Below are positions 37,465 through 48,847 of a stretch of 64,000 nt of DNA, piece after piece. Below the pieces are notes generated by a model, which did not search any database, was not told the DNA's origin, and saw only the letters and a list, made by a program, of their open reading frames with translations. Within the stretch, counting starts at the first letter, position 1, and every line of letters begins with the position of its first letter. Source of the DNA: Flavobacteriales bacterium. Lineage in GTDB: Bacteria > Bacteroidota > Bacteroidia > UBA10329. Where the stretch lies: assembly GCA_021741075.1 (NCBI GenBank), contig JAIOYO010000008.1, positions 12,283 through 76,282 of the forward strand. Reading direction: 5' to 3'. The position numbers were made by a program, and so were the translations under genes.

Positions 37465-38289
37465 TTAAATGTTCTTATTAAGTTCTAATATGTAATAGTC
37501 CACCTCTTGAACCTTTTTCGGGTCGTTGATTAAGGACTTGAAATTCTCTAGGTCGGCAATTGCCTCTTTGTACATTTTTTGGCGTTCGTGAAGGTCGGCC
37601 AAATACAAATACGCTTCAGCATACTTGCTGTCTATGGCCAATACTTGTCTGAACCGCTCTTCCGCTTTGTCAAACTGGCCTGATTTAATGCTGAAATAAC
37701 CGAGGTTAATCAGCGCTTTGATGTTCTTTGGATCTTTTGCCTCAACGGCTTTCAACATTCCGATTCCTTCCATTGGAGGTGTTCCCATAAAGGTGGAACC
37801 TTCCATGAGGCAAACTCCAAGGTCGACTTGAATGTCGAGGTCTTCTGGAGCCAATTCCACTGCTTTTTCGAAACAGGCACGAGATTGCGTAAACCAATCT
37901 GCTTTTTGCGCCTGTTCTCCCATGTACTTAGCATTGAGCAAAAGGCGTTCTCCAGCTTCTGTCCAATGGTCTGAGGTGTTGGTTTTCTCTGCACGTTTCA
38001 AAGCATAAAAAGCTGCACCAACTGGTTTGCGAAGCATATCGTAAAAGCCAACCAAGGAATCAAAGGCAAATTCGTTTTCAGACGATTCCCACTTGTTTAC
38101 TTCTGCTAAAGCCGTGCTATCAAGATTGTTCTTGATTTCAGTCAAATCATCCTGAATGTTGTATGCAACGGCATCCGCAGTAGTTTCTGCCGCCTCAGCT
38201 TTCTCGGCAATCGGTGAAATAGGAGTCATGTATAAAATGACACCAACAACTACAGCCAAAAGCACCAGTATGATTTGGGGACGCTTCAA
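37465..38289 (-). CDS. Membrane-anchored TPR protein
   Basis: N-terminal TM and several TPR motifs (ALINLGYFS...AEAYLYLADL). Confidence 0.85.
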   Translation of the reverse strand: MKRPQIILVLLAVVVGVILYMTPISPIAEKAEAAETTADAVAYNIQDDLTEIKNNLDSTALAEVNKWESSENEFAFDSLVGFYDMLRKPVGAAFYALKRAEKTNTSDHWTEAGERLLLNAKYMGEQAQKADWFTQSRACFEKAVELAPEDLDIQVDLGVCLMEGSTFMGTPPMEGIGMLKAVEAKDPKNIKALINLGYFSIKSGQFDKAEERFRQVLAIDSKYAEAYLYLADLHERQKMYKEAIADLENFKSLINDPKKVQEVDYYILELNKNI

Positions 38290-38290
38290 T

Positions 38291-38575
38291 CTATTTTACG
38301 CTCTTCTTTACCTTACCAACAAAGGTTTTTGCAGGTTTGAAAGCAGGAACGTTATGCGCTGGAATAACGATGGTAGTATTCTTGGAAATAAGACGCCCAG
38401 TCTTCTGTGCGCGTTTCTTTACAATGAAGCTTCCAAAACCTCTCAAATAAACGTTATCGCCTTTGGCGAGAGCGCTTTTTACGGAGACCATAAAGGCTTC
38501 AACCGTGAGTTGAACCTGTAGTTTTTCGATTCCTGTTTGTTCCGAAATCTCGTTTACGATGTCAGCTTTTGTCAT
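38291..38575 (-). CDS. HU/IHF-family DNA-binding protein
   Basis: MTKADIV, VYLRGFGSF, PAFKPAK. TACCTTTG promoter element at 38621-38628. Confidence 0.95.
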   Translation of the reverse strand: MTKADIVNEISEQTGIEKLQVQLTVEAFMVSVKSALAKGDNVYLRGFGSFIVKKRAQKTGRLISKNTTIVIPAHNVPAFKPAKTFVGKVKKSVK

Positions 38576-38675
38576 TAGTGCTTGATTATGAGCCGATTAA
38601 TGCTTCTTTTAAGGGGGCTGCAAAGGTATACGAATATTTGAATCATGAAATGGTTCGCTTTTTAATTTTGAAGAC

Positions 38676-39755
38676 TTGAAAGCAAAAAGCGAAATAAGCA
38701 CGTTTCCGAACTTAAAATTGCTCAATTGGTATTGGGGCGTAAAGCGCAATTTGCCTTGGCGGGAGACTAAAGACCCATATAAAATTTGGATTTCGGAGAT
38801 TATTTTGCAGCAAACGAGGGTAGATCAAGGGCTTCCTTATTATGAAAGGTTCATTGCTTCGTTTCCGCGCGTGGAAGATTTGGCCAATGCAAACGAAGAC
38901 GAGGTTTTGAAGCTTTGGGAAGGATTGGGCTATTATTCGCGAGCTCGCAATCTTCATTTTACGGCCAAGCTGGTTTCGAATGAATTAGGAGGTAATTTTC
39001 CTGATACATATAAAGGGTTGCTTGATTTGAAGGGAGTTGGCCCGTACACTGCTGCCGCTATTGGTTCCATTGCTTTTGGCTTACCTGTGGCTGCTGTTGA
39101 TGGAAACGTTTATCGGGTACTATCAAGGTATTTTGCAATTACTGACTCGATTGACGAAACCGCAACGAAGAATAGGATTACGGAATTAGCAAACGAATTG
39201 CTTACTAAAGCACATTCTGGAAATCACAACGAAGCGGTTATGGAATTGGGGGCAACAATCTGTTCTCCAATTAATCCAACGTGTAACGATTGTCCGTTGA
39301 ATATTTCGTGTAAAGCGAACGCGCAAAATCTCCAAAATGAGTTGCCAGTGAGAACCAAAAAAACCAAGGTTCGCGACCGATTCTTATATTATTCAGTGAT
39401 GGTCTCTGGAGATGAAGTTTTGATTTCTAGACGTAGTGCTGGCGATATTTGGCAGGGATTGTATGAGTTCCCGCTGTTCGAATCAGATGCGAAGTTGGAT
39501 GATGATGAAATTGTCAGGTCGATCAAATTGAATTCAAATGATGTCGTTCTTAGTGTTTCAAGTGAGTTCAAACACATTCTGTCGCATCAGCGTATTTTTG
39601 CCAAGTTCGTATTGATTAAAAGCGATAGCTTTGAAAGTTCGAATCTCACGCGAGTGAAAACTGAAAAATTGAATGATTTTGCCTTTCCTAGATTAATAAA
39701 TCGCTACTTGGAGAAACAAAGTCTTGTTATTGTTGAAGAAGTTTCGAATCTTTGA
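38676..39755 (+). CDS. mutY: A/G-specific adenine glycosylase
   Basis: [40 protein letters not shown], and the 4Fe-4S Cys cluster. Confidence 0.98.
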   Translation: MKAKSEISTFPNLKLLNWYWGVKRNLPWRETKDPYKIWISEIILQQTRVDQGLPYYERFIASFPRVEDLANANEDEVLKLWEGLGYYSRARNLHFTAKLVSNELGGNFPDTYKGLLDLKGVGPYTAAAIGSIAFGLPVAAVDGNVYRVLSRYFAITDSIDETATKNRITELANELLTKAHSGNHNEAVMELGATICSPINPTCNDCPLNISCKANAQNLQNELPVRTKKTKVRDRFLYYSVMVSGDEVLISRRSAGDIWQGLYEFPLFESDAKLDDDEIVRSIKLNSNDVVLSVSSEFKHILSHQRIFAKFVLIKSDSFESSNLTRVKTEKLNDFAFPRLINRYLEKQSLVIVEEVSNL

Positions 39756-39780
39756 TTATAACCAATTAAAAAAGCAAATC

Positions 39781-40230
39781 ATGGCAGGAGTAAATAAAGC
39801 AATATTAATCGGTCACTTGGGCTCAGACCCTGAAGTCCGAACTATTGAAAGTGGTACCAAAGTGGCCAATTTCAGCATTGCCACCACAGAGCGTTACAAG
39901 GATAAAAGTGGCAATCCGGTTGATAAGACTGAATGGCACAATATCGTTATGTGGCGGGGATTGGCAGAAATAGCTGAAAAATGGCTGAAAAAGGGGTCAC
40001 AAGTTTACATTGAAGGCAGACTGAGAACTCGTTCTTGGGATGATAAGGATGGGAACAAGAGGTATACTACTGAGATTTTGGCAGATAATATGACCATGCT
40101 TGGAGGTGCTGGTGGTTCAGGCTCATCTTCTGGTGGCGGACAATCGCAATCTGCTGCTCCGCAGCAAAACCAACTGAATGAGCCACAAGGTTCTTCTCTT
40201 GATGATATTGATGATGACCTTCCATTCTAA
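39781..40230 (+). CDS. ssb: Single-stranded DNA-binding protein
   Basis: [25 protein letters not shown]-terminal DDLPF. Confidence 0.98.
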   Translation: MAGVNKAILIGHLGSDPEVRTIESGTKVANFSIATTERYKDKSGNPVDKTEWHNIVMWRGLAEIAEKWLKKGSQVYIEGRLRTRSWDDKDGNKRYTTEILADNMTMLGGAGGSGSSSGGGQSQSAAPQQNQLNEPQGSSLDDIDDDLPF

Positions 40231-40268
40231 AATGATAGTAGGTTTTAGTTTAACGAATCCGACCTGAA

Positions 40269-41639
40269 TTGGAAGACCCTCCTGAACAGGTTTATACCTT
40301 TCTTGATTTAGTATTGCTTTCGGGCTGGTTACCTTTCGACCTGGTTTTTGGGTTGCTTGTGCTTATCATCTTGCTTGCGTGCTCCGCTATGATTTCAGGG
40401 GCAGAAGTGGCGTATTTCTCTCTTTCTAAGGCTGCGTTAGAGGAATTGGAGGCGTCTCCTCTGCGTTTGCATAAACAAGCGTTGGTTTTATTGCAACGTC
40501 CGAAGAGGCTGCTGGCTACTATTCTCATAGCAAATAACTTTGTCAATGTCGGAATCGTAATACTATCTACTTACCTCATAGCGGAGAATGTTTCGAAAGA
40601 TCTCCTGAGTTATATGTTAGGAGGAATTGTTCCTGTTGCTAGAATTATTGAGGTCTTTGGAATTACTCTCATCGTGCTACTTGTAGGTGAAATTATCCCA
40701 AAGGTTTATGCCAATCAGTATGCGGTTGGGTTCGCTTCCATCATGTCTTTCCCGTTGTATTACATGTCCATCATGTTTTCATTTTTGAGCGTGCCTCTCA
40801 TTAAAATGACAGCAATTGTAGATAGGCTTGCGTCTGCCAATAATGGACACATTTCAGTCGATGAATTGAGTCATGCGCTTGACCTTACCAAAGCGGAATC
40901 GATTAGAGAAAAAGAAGATCGAAAGATTCTTGAAGGCATTGTTAAATTCGGAAATACCGATGTGAAGCAGATTATGAAACCGCGAACTGATGTGGAAGGG
41001 TTTTCTAATAAGACAGTCTATCGGGAGTTGCTAGAGGGGATTTTGGAATCGGGCTATTCTCGTGTTCCAATCTATGAGGAAAGTTTGGATAAGATTGTAG
41101 GAATCATCCATATCAAAGACCTCTTGCCACACATTGATGAAGTGGATGGTTTTAAATGGCAAAGTTTGATGCGTCCGCCATTTTTTGTTCCTGAAAGCAA
41201 GATGATAGATGATCTTTTGGAAGAGTTTCGTGAGAAGAAAGTCCACCTAGCCATTGTGGTCGATGAATATGGTGGTTGCGAAGGTTTGGTAACCTTAGAA
41301 GACATCATAGAAGAAATCGTTGGAGATATTTCGGATGAATTTGACGATGAAGAAGTGGTTTATTCGAAGTTGGATGACGACAATTATGTTTTTGAAGGAA
41401 AGACCAATCTAAAACAGTTCTATCGTGTTATAAAGATTGACGGAGAACGATTTGAAAAGAACAAAGGGGAAGCAGATACCTTGGCCGGCTTTATCCTAGA
41501 GCAATCAGGAAAAATGCCAATGAAGAATCAAAAGGTCATCTTCGAATCGTACGAATTCACGATTGAAAGTGTGGATAAAAGGCGAATAAAACGCGTGAAA
41601 GTGACCCGTCTTCCAATGATTGAAAAGGAAGAAGAATGA
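40269..41639 (+). CDS. gldE: Gliding motility-associated protein GldE (CNNM/CBS/CorC)
   Basis: SGAEVAYFS, GEIIPK, CBS pair, VVDEYGG, CorC domain; lies upstream of gldD. Confidence 0.93.
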   Translation: MEDPPEQVYTFLDLVLLSGWLPFDLVFGLLVLIILLACSAMISGAEVAYFSLSKAALEELEASPLRLHKQALVLLQRPKRLLATILIANNFVNVGIVILSTYLIAENVSKDLLSYMLGGIVPVARIIEVFGITLIVLLVGEIIPKVYANQYAVGFASIMSFPLYYMSIMFSFLSVPLIKMTAIVDRLASANNGHISVDELSHALDLTKAESIREKEDRKILEGIVKFGNTDVKQIMKPRTDVEGFSNKTVYRELLEGILESGYSRVPIYEESLDKIVGIIHIKDLLPHIDEVDGFKWQSLMRPPFFVPESKMIDDLLEEFREKKVHLAIVVDEYGGCEGLVTLEDIIEEIVGDISDEFDDEEVVYSKLDDDNYVFEGKTNLKQFYRVIKIDGERFEKNKGEADTLAGFILEQSGKMPMKNQKVIFESYEFTIESVDKRRIKRVKVTRLPMIEKEEE

Positions 41640-42214
41640 GAACGTTACGCTTCCTTTTTTTGTTTTTCGTAGTCGTTGGATTGGCTTCTTGTAATCAGGA
41701 ATACACGCCAAAACCACGTGCGTACATGCGAATTGCACTGCCAGAGAAAGAATATAAACTCATAGAAACTGGTTGTCCGTATTCGTTTGAAATTGCAACG
41801 TATTCCGTGTTCAAACCGGATACCCGACCGCAATCAGATTCATGCTGGTTCAATATCGATTACCCACAATTCAAAGCACAGCTGTATTTCAGCTATAAGC
41901 CTATCAATGGAAACTTGGCTGGTTATCTTGAGGACTCTAGAGAGTTGACCAACAAGCACATAAGTAAAGCGTCTGGAATTGAGGAAACACTCATCATTAA
42001 AGAGGATACTCAAGTTTATGGAATGCTCTATACGGTTGCAGGAAGTCGTGCGGCTTCACCGCTACAGTTTCATTTGACCGATAGTACCAATCACTTCCTA
42101 CGCGGAGCGTTGTATTTCAATGTTTCTCCGAACAACGATTCTCTAGCTCCTGTGATTGATTTTTTGAAGGATGATATCCTTCACCTCATTGAGACGCTTA
42201 ATTGGCAGTCATAG
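41636..42214 (+). CDS. gldD: Gliding motility lipoprotein GldD
   Basis: LASC lipobox, YTPKPRAYMR, QFHLTDSTNHFLRGALYF, NNDSLAP. Confidence 0.95.
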   Translation: MRTLRFLFLFFVVVGLASCNQEYTPKPRAYMRIALPEKEYKLIETGCPYSFEIATYSVFKPDTRPQSDSCWFNIDYPQFKAQLYFSYKPINGNLAGYLEDSRELTNKHISKASGIEETLIIKEDTQVYGMLYTVAGSRAASPLQFHLTDSTNHFLRGALYFNVSPNNDSLAPVIDFLKDDILHLIETLNWQS

Positions 42215-43283
42215 CACTGGTGCGAATCTGAGTTTTTCGGCCAAATGCCGAGTACAGATAAACTTGTGCGCCAAAAATCAAGCAGGAAATAAATAGGTGC
42301 ACTGGTTGCGCCCAAGACGGAACGCTGAAGTACGCCATTATTATTCCTGAGACAGTGGCAATTCCAACAAATACAGCCAAATAAATCGCAGTTCTGAATA
42401 CCGCGTTATAATGTTGTTGGTACTTGAAAATATGATAGCAGAGCCACGCATTTCCTAGTAAAACAAGCAAAGAAAACGACCGGTGTACTTTGAATATCCA
42501 ATCGAGCTGCGCAATCCAAAGCTCTCTTTGGCTGAACTCTAGGCTTTTGGCAATCACATCAATTTGTTGACGAACTTGTGTTCCGAGTAAAACCTGAATA
42601 AGCGTAAGTCCGATAAGAATAGCCAACGCATAACGCATCGTATTTTGTAGGTTTACTGTAGCCAGCGCACGCATACCAAAAGCGGTTTTTACGTAGAGAT
42701 ACACCAATCCAGCGATGACTAAAAATGCCAAAAGCATGTGTGCCGTCAAAACACCAGGAAGCAAGTTTGTGGAAACTACAACCGACCCCATCCAACCTTG
42801 AAATCCAGTCACGATTATTACTCCCAAAACAAGTAGAGGAACGCTACGTTTCTTTTTCCAATAGATGAGCGAACTCAAAAAAGCTGCAATAAGGAGCACA
42901 CCGAGTAAGGCGCCAGCTAAACGATTCACATACTCAATCCACGTTCGTTGCCAGATGAAATCGGTTTCTTCGTAAATGCTTGGGTCTTCGCTGATTTTTG
43001 CGGCCATTTCGTCCCAGCCTAATGGGCGAATCAGCTTGGCTAATTTCTCGTTTTTTGTTTTTCGAACTTCGATGTAATGCGCTTTGTAATCTATTGGAAG
43101 TTCTCTGATGCTGGTAGGAGGAATATAGCTGCCAAAGCATTTTGGCCAATCTGGACAGCCCATTCCCGAGCCGGTCATCCGAACAACTGCACCAGCTAAA
43201 ATCACTAAATACGTACAGAATATTGATGCTCTCAGTAAGGCTCTGAAACGGTTTTGTTTTTTGCGGGTAGACGGAATAGTCAT
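42198..43283 (-). CDS. ctaA: Heme A synthase (COX15/CtaA family)
   Basis: VRMTGSGMGCPDWPKC, WIEYVNR, and conserved TM histidines. Confidence 0.9.
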   Translation of the reverse strand: MTIPSTRKKQNRFRALLRASIFCTYLVILAGAVVRMTGSGMGCPDWPKCFGSYIPPTSIRELPIDYKAHYIEVRKTKNEKLAKLIRPLGWDEMAAKISEDPSIYEETDFIWQRTWIEYVNRLAGALLGVLLIAAFLSSLIYWKKKRSVPLLVLGVIIVTGFQGWMGSVVVSTNLLPGVLTAHMLLAFLVIAGLVYLYVKTAFGMRALATVNLQNTMRYALAILIGLTLIQVLLGTQVRQQIDVIAKSLEFSQRELWIAQLDWIFKVHRSFSLLVLLGNAWLCYHIFKYQQHYNAVFRTAIYLAVFVGIATVSGIIMAYFSVPSWAQPVHLFISCLIFGAQVYLYSAFGRKTQIRTSAMTAN

Positions 43284-43318
43284 GGCAGCAAAGCTATTAA
43301 ATAGGCGTTTGTGAGAAT

Positions 43319-43345
43319 GAAAAAGGACGGCAATTGCCGTCCTTT
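43319..43345 (-). terminator. Intrinsic terminator of recQ
   Basis: AAAGGACGGC-aatt-GCCGTCCTTT followed by a T-tract on the minus strand. Confidence 0.8.
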
Positions 43346-43366
43346 CAACATTTCAAATCTTAATTC

Positions 43367-45574
43367 TTAGTGTCCGAACTCCGATATAAATTTAATTCGA
43401 ACCAATCGAACCTCTTCTTCTGTGTAATCATCTTCACCGAGTTCGGCCAATGCAGCTTCTATACTATCTGTTTCGGCTTCTTCTTGGAAGTATTCGTAAA
43501 TATCGTCCTGCTTGTCTTCATCCACTTCTTCATCAATGTAATAGTCGATGTTAACCTTTGTTCCGGAACTGACAATGTGTTCAATTTCAGTAAGTAGGTC
43601 ATCCATGCTTAAGCCTTTGGCATCTGCAATGTCTTGAAGGTCGAGTTTTCGGTCAATACTCTGGATAATGTAAACCTTATTGCTCGATTTGTTGACCACG
43701 GTTTTAACAACCATGTCTTGCTCGCGCTCGATTTCGTTCTCTTCGACATACTCTTGAATGAGTTCAAGGAACGGCTCGCCATATTTTTTTGCTTTTCCTG
43801 CGCCAACGCCCGTAATGTCGGTCAATTCATCCATTGTAATCGGATAACGAAAAGCCATGTCTTCCAACGATGGATCTTGGAATATGACGAACGGAGGAAG
43901 GTTCTCTTCTTTGGAGATGTCTTTTCGGAGGTCTTTCAACATTTTTAAAAGCACATCGTCTGTAGAACCGCCACCCTTCATGGCGCCCATTGGCATCGCG
44001 TCTTCTGCTTCAGTAGCAGCTTCGTAATCGTGGTCAATGGTCATCATGAACGAAGTTGGATTATCCAAATAGGCTTGACCCAAATCTGTCAATTTCAATA
44101 AGCCATAATTTTCAATATCCTTGGTTAGATAGCCATGAATTACGGCTTGTCTCACCATTGATTGCCAATAGCGTTCGCCTTTTTCGGCACCCTCTCCAAA
44201 GGCATCAAGGGTATCGTGTTTGTACGATTTAATTTGAGATGAACTGGTGCCCAACATGATATTGATAACATGTTTGGATTTGAATTTTTCCTTGATATCT
44301 ACAACCGTTTGAAGAATGGCTGTTAGTTCGTGTTGTGCTTCCTCTTGCTTTTTCGGATGCTTACAATTATCGCAATGCTCATCACAACCTTTGGCATCAA
44401 ACTCTTCTCCGAAATAATGTAGGATGAATTTTCTTCTGCAAACAGAGGTTTCTACATAAGAAACTACCTCGCCCAACAATTGTTTGCCGATTTCTTGTTC
44501 AGAAATAGGTTTCCCTTGCATAAACTTCTCCAACTTAGTGATGTCGTCATAGCTGTAAAAGGCTATACAATTTCCTTCGCCACCATCACGCCCGGCTCTA
44601 CCGGTTTCTTGATAATATCCCTCAAGACTTTTCGGAATATCGTGATGAATAACGAACCGGACATCTGGTTTGTCGATTCCCATTCCAAAGGCGATAGTGG
44701 CGCAAATCACGTCTGCCTCTTCCATCAAAAAGGCATCTTGATGCTTAACCCGTGTTGCAGCATCCAATCCGGCATGATAAGGTAAAGCCTTAATGCCATT
44801 GACTTGGAGTGTTTCTGCCATCTCCTCTACTTTCTTACGGCTAAGGCAATATACGATGCCAGATTTTCCTTCGTGTTCTTTGATGTAGCGAATCATATCG
44901 CGAGCTACATTCTTGGATTTCGGACGAATCTCGTAGTATAGATTGTCGCGATTAAAAGAAGATTTGAACACTTTTGCCTCGGTCATCCCAAGGTTTTTCT
45001 GAATATCGCTCTGAACTTTTGGTGTTGCTGTAGCAGTTAGAGCCATCACTGGAACTTCTCCAATAGCTTCAATCATTGGGCGAAGCCTTCTGTATTCTGG
45101 ACGGAAATCGTGCCCCCATTCAGAAATACAATGCGCTTCATCAATAGCAACAAGAGAAATATTTACGTCCTTAAAGAAATCAATATTCTCTTGTTTGTTT
45201 AGCGATTCTGGTGCAACGTAAAGCAACTTAGTGATGCCTGCTTTAATGTCGCTTCTTACTTGCTCGGCTTCGCCTTTATTAAGAGATGAATTGAGAAAAT
45301 GGGCAACTCCACGCTCCGAGCCGAAGCTTCGAATAGAGTCAACCTGATTCTTCATCAGTGCGATTAGCGGTGAAACGACAATGGCCGTTCCGTCAGATAT
45401 CAATGCTGGTAATTGATAGCAAAGCGATTTTCCACCGCCCGTTGGCATAATTACAAATGTGTCGTTTCCGTCAAGAACACTTTTAATGATTTGTTCCTGT
45501 TCCCCCTTAAATTGGTTAAAACCAAAGTACTTTTTAAGTGCGTCTTTCAATTCTGATCCTACTGCTGTTTCCAT
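43367..45574 (-). CDS. recQ: DNA helicase RecQ
   Basis: [23 protein letters not shown], Zn-binding Cys, RQC and HRDC domains. Confidence 0.98.
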   Translation of the reverse strand: METAVGSELKDALKKYFGFNQFKGEQEQIIKSVLDGNDTFVIMPTGGGKSLCYQLPALISDGTAIVVSPLIALMKNQVDSIRSFGSERGVAHFLNSSLNKGEAEQVRSDIKAGITKLLYVAPESLNKQENIDFFKDVNISLVAIDEAHCISEWGHDFRPEYRRLRPMIEAIGEVPVMALTATATPKVQSDIQKNLGMTEAKVFKSSFNRDNLYYEIRPKSKNVARDMIRYIKEHEGKSGIVYCLSRKKVEEMAETLQVNGIKALPYHAGLDAATRVKHQDAFLMEEADVICATIAFGMGIDKPDVRFVIHHDIPKSLEGYYQETGRAGRDGGEGNCIAFYSYDDITKLEKFMQGKPISEQEIGKQLLGEVVSYVETSVCRRKFILHYFGEEFDAKGCDEHCDNCKHPKKQEEAQHELTAILQTVVDIKEKFKSKHVINIMLGTSSSQIKSYKHDTLDAFGEGAEKGERYWQSMVRQAVIHGYLTKDIENYGLLKLTDLGQAYLDNPTSFMMTIDHDYEAATEAEDAMPMGAMKGGGSTDDVLLKMLKDLRKDISKEENLPPFVIFQDPSLEDMAFRYPITMDELTDITGVGAGKAKKYGEPFLELIQEYVEENEIEREQDMVVKTVVNKSSNKVYIIQSIDRKLDLQDIADAKGLSMDDLLTEIEHIVSSGTKVNIDYYIDEEVDEDKQDDIYEYFQEEAETDSIEAALAELGEDDYTEEEVRLVRIKFISEFGH

Positions 45575-45838
45575 TCAATTTTTTTTCCCTTGATGTCTAA
45601 AGGTAGGGATTTGCCCATAACCGACATCCCGTATTTTTAGTTTTTATCCTAACGTACAAATTCAATCGATGAACTTCTGTTTTTGGGGGCGCAAATGTGA
45701 GTAATAAACTCCTTTTTTCGTCATGTTTGCTAGGCTCAAACGCTTACTTTTATGATTATTGCAACGAGGACAACAATTCTGCATGCAGAATAAATTTGCG
45801 GAGGGCCGAATTTTAAAGTTCCAAGCGCTTTTGACTAG

Positions 45839-46717
45839 ATGAAAGACCTAACGATTATCATTCCGGCCTATAACGAAGCGGCCTCGTTAAATGAGTTTTT
45901 ACCCGAATTAATTTCGTTTATCCAAACGAACGACCTTCATCTGATTATTGTTAATGATGGCTCAAAGGATGAAACGTTAGCTGTTCTGAAGCAATTTGAA
46001 GGAACAGAACGGTACCAGTTCTTCTCTCATAAAGTAAATAGAGGTTATGGTGGAGCTATAAAAACCGGAATACGAAATGCGCTTACCGATTTCGTTATTA
46101 CGATTGATGCGGATGGTCAGCACGATTTGAATGATGTGTTGGCTTTGCGTGATATGATTGGAAAGACGGATGCTGACATGATTGTGGGCAGTAGGTTGGC
46201 GCATAAAGATGCATCCTTGTACAGAGGGATAGGAAAAAGCTTGATTAGGTGGTTTGCCAAACTGCTTTTACCGATACATATTAATGATATCAATTCTGGA
46301 ATGAAGATTTACAACACGGAAATGGCCAAACGCTATATCCGACTTTGTCCTGACCACATGGCCTACAGCGACATAATTGCGATGGTGTTCATTAGCAAAC
46401 GTCATTTAGTGTTGGAACAGCCAATCAATATCAAGCCGAGAACTGCTGGAGTAAGTACGATTAGTACACTAACAGCCATCGAAACTGTAAAGGAGATTTT
46501 GAATATTGTAATTCTATTCAATCCAATGCGTGTGTTTTTTCCAATTGCGTTTATGAGTCTTGCACTCGCATTGGCTTGGGGAATCCCGATTGCATTGCGC
46601 GGTCGTGGGGTCAGTACGGGAGCGATGCTTGGGTTCACCACCGGACTTTTGTTTTTCTTCTTAGGCCTTCTTGCCGAGCAACTTTCTCAGATCCGAAAGG
46701 ATAGCGTAGACAAGTAA
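45839..46717 (+). CDS. GT2 glycosyltransferase, polyprenol-phosphate sugar synthase (DPM1-like)
   Basis: IIPAYNE, VNDGS, NRGYGGA, DADGQH, GSR, DINSG, and two C-terminal TM helices. Confidence 0.88.
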   Translation: MKDLTIIIPAYNEAASLNEFLPELISFIQTNDLHLIIVNDGSKDETLAVLKQFEGTERYQFFSHKVNRGYGGAIKTGIRNALTDFVITIDADGQHDLNDVLALRDMIGKTDADMIVGSRLAHKDASLYRGIGKSLIRWFAKLLLPIHINDINSGMKIYNTEMAKRYIRLCPDHMAYSDIIAMVFISKRHLVLEQPINIKPRTAGVSTISTLTAIETVKEILNIVILFNPMRVFFPIAFMSLALALAWGIPIALRGRGVSTGAMLGFTTGLLFFFLGLLAEQLSQIRKDSVDK

Positions 46718-46734
46718 TCTACCTAGCCAATTCT

Positions 46735-48684
46735 TTATTTCTTCAGAAGAGATTTTCCCCAATTCAAATTGTTCTTAGCAAGTTCATAGCTTGGATTAAG
46801 TTCCAGTGCTTTTTCGCAAGCTTTAATTCCTTTTTCGGGTTCATTCAATTCATTGTATGCGCAGCAGATATTATTGTATGCTTCTGCATAATCGGGTTTG
46901 AGCACCAGCGCCTTTCTACACTCGGCAATGCAGTCTTCAAATCGCTTTAGCCGATAATATTCCAAACTTAGATTGAGATGATTTTCTGGCGAAGGATTAT
47001 TTGCCGCAAGGTTTTCTTTTTGTTTTAAAGTTTGATTGGCACTCACCGAAAAATCATCAAGTAATTGCTTGGCGTTCTCGTGGCCGGGACTCAGCCTTAG
47101 AACTTCTGTTAAATGATAGCGTGCATTGGAAAGATCTCCTTTTTTTATCAGCCATTGAGCGTAGAAATAATGACAATCAGGATAACTAGATCCCTTTTGG
47201 ATGCTTTTCTCATAATAGCGTTGCGCAAGCTCGCTGTTGCCCGAAGCGGCTTGGCATATTGCCATATTTAAACTCAAATAAGGATGATTTCCGTATTGAG
47301 TTGAGAACGCACGATTGTAATAGTCAATGGCGGTAGGATAATCTCCAACGCGCATTTTCGCTAAACCATAATTCATCAAACCGCGTCCGTTGTTTGGACT
47401 TTTAATCGTTACATCGCGCCATAGACTTTCATCGCTAAACCAAATAAGGTTTCGTTGATGAGTTCCGTATGCGTTTCCAGCTAAAATCATCAATCCTAAA
47501 ACCATTGAGATAGTACGTGCTGCCGAAGAATTTTCAAGCTGTGGTTTTAAGAGAAGATAGAATCCCCACGATGCAGCCATGGTGAGACCCACAAACGGAT
47601 AGAACATTCGGTGGTCGTTGGTTACTTCTGCCAACGGAATGATGCTTGAAGTTGGAACTAAAGCAACAATAAACCAAATGAGCCCAAAAGAAATAGGGCG
47701 TAAATGTTCCTTTTTTGTGCAATAGATGATGCTTGCGGTAAGCGCAATCAGAAACAAGATTCCGACAATGAAACGGTAGTCAGATAGGCTTGTGACAAGC
47801 GTCCAATCTGTATCGGCACTAAGATTTATTGGTATGAAGAACGTCCAAAAGTATCGGAGAATGACAAATGGCTGCGTAATCAAGTAATTGTACACCGATG
47901 GGCCTCCTGCAACCCACGTTTCTGGTTCCATGTGTCTCGTAAAAAGGAAACTAATAGCACAAACAATAATTACCGCTATTGATTTTTTGAAGGCGTTCCA
48001 TACGCTTTTGAATGTTTTACCCGTGAGTTTGGTGAAGTCGGTGTTTTCTTCGAACAAAAGAATATAAGCCAACAACAGCCCAACGTACATCACCGAAGTT
48101 GGTTTAGTGAGAATACCAATAATTACGATTGGAAGTGACCAAAGCTTTTTCTTGCCAGTGGTATACTGATACACTACAAATGCTGCTACCACCAGTGCGG
48201 TCGAAATAATGTCCGATCGTGCCGATATATAATTGATGGATTCGGCATTGGCCGTGTGTAACATGTACCACGCCACTGCAAATAATGCCACAGCATCTGC
48301 GGCAAATTGGTCGGTCAATTGTCTAAAAACCTTTCGGAATAGGAGGAACATGAATATTCCCTGAAAGATTACCCATAAAAACGTAGAAATATGGAAGTAA
48401 AAAGGGTCTAGTTCATTCCCAGCTAAGTAGTAATCCACGGCAGCCGAAAGAGTAACGATAGGGCGGTAAGATTGGTTGGTTGGAAGCGAACTCTGAGTAG
48501 TGCCATCCGTGAAATACTCTTTGAAATATTTTAAATCCTTCACATAACCATTATTGACAATGGTGTGACTGTCGTCAAAGTGAAAACCGTTGTTAAAGTG
48601 ATTCCAATAAGTTGCGGTAAAAGCAACCAAAAGCAGAATAGCAAAAAGTCTGATGATTGATTTTTGATTCAATTTCATGAACAC
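46735..48684 (-). CDS. TMTC-like GT-C membrane protein with C-terminal TPRs
   Basis: FHFDD loop after TM1, YRP, H-x-ANAESINYISARSD, many TM segments, DHRMFYP, W-x-DE-SLW, then TPRs. Confidence 0.8.
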   Translation of the reverse strand: MFMKLNQKSIIRLFAILLLVAFTATYWNHFNNGFHFDDSHTIVNNGYVKDLKYFKEYFTDGTTQSSLPTNQSYRPIVTLSAAVDYYLAGNELDPFYFHISTFLWVIFQGIFMFLLFRKVFRQLTDQFAADAVALFAVAWYMLHTANAESINYISARSDIISTALVVAAFVVYQYTTGKKKLWSLPIVIIGILTKPTSVMYVGLLLAYILLFEENTDFTKLTGKTFKSVWNAFKKSIAVIIVCAISFLFTRHMEPETWVAGGPSVYNYLITQPFVILRYFWTFFIPINLSADTDWTLVTSLSDYRFIVGILFLIALTASIIYCTKKEHLRPISFGLIWFIVALVPTSSIIPLAEVTNDHRMFYPFVGLTMAASWGFYLLLKPQLENSSAARTISMVLGLMILAGNAYGTHQRNLIWFSDESLWRDVTIKSPNNGRGLMNYGLAKMRVGDYPTAIDYYNRAFSTQYGNHPYLSLNMAICQAASGNSELAQRYYEKSIQKGSSYPDCHYFYAQWLIKKGDLSNARYHLTEVLRLSPGHENAKQLLDDFSVSANQTLKQKENLAANNPSPENHLNLSLEYYRLKRFEDCIAECRKALVLKPDYAEAYNNICCAYNELNEPEKGIKACEKALELNPSYELAKNNLNWGKSLLKK

Positions 48685-48847
48685 TCTTTCTTTAAACGCA
48701 ATTTCAACTTGTGGGATTTTAATAAGAATTCAGCCCCGAATATAATTGCGTCAGTCCAATCTACGCGACCATATTACCATTCATAATCCAATTTTTACGT
48801 GGAGGTCTGCGGTCAATAAACGAAACGCAACGTTACCTTTGCGCGCC

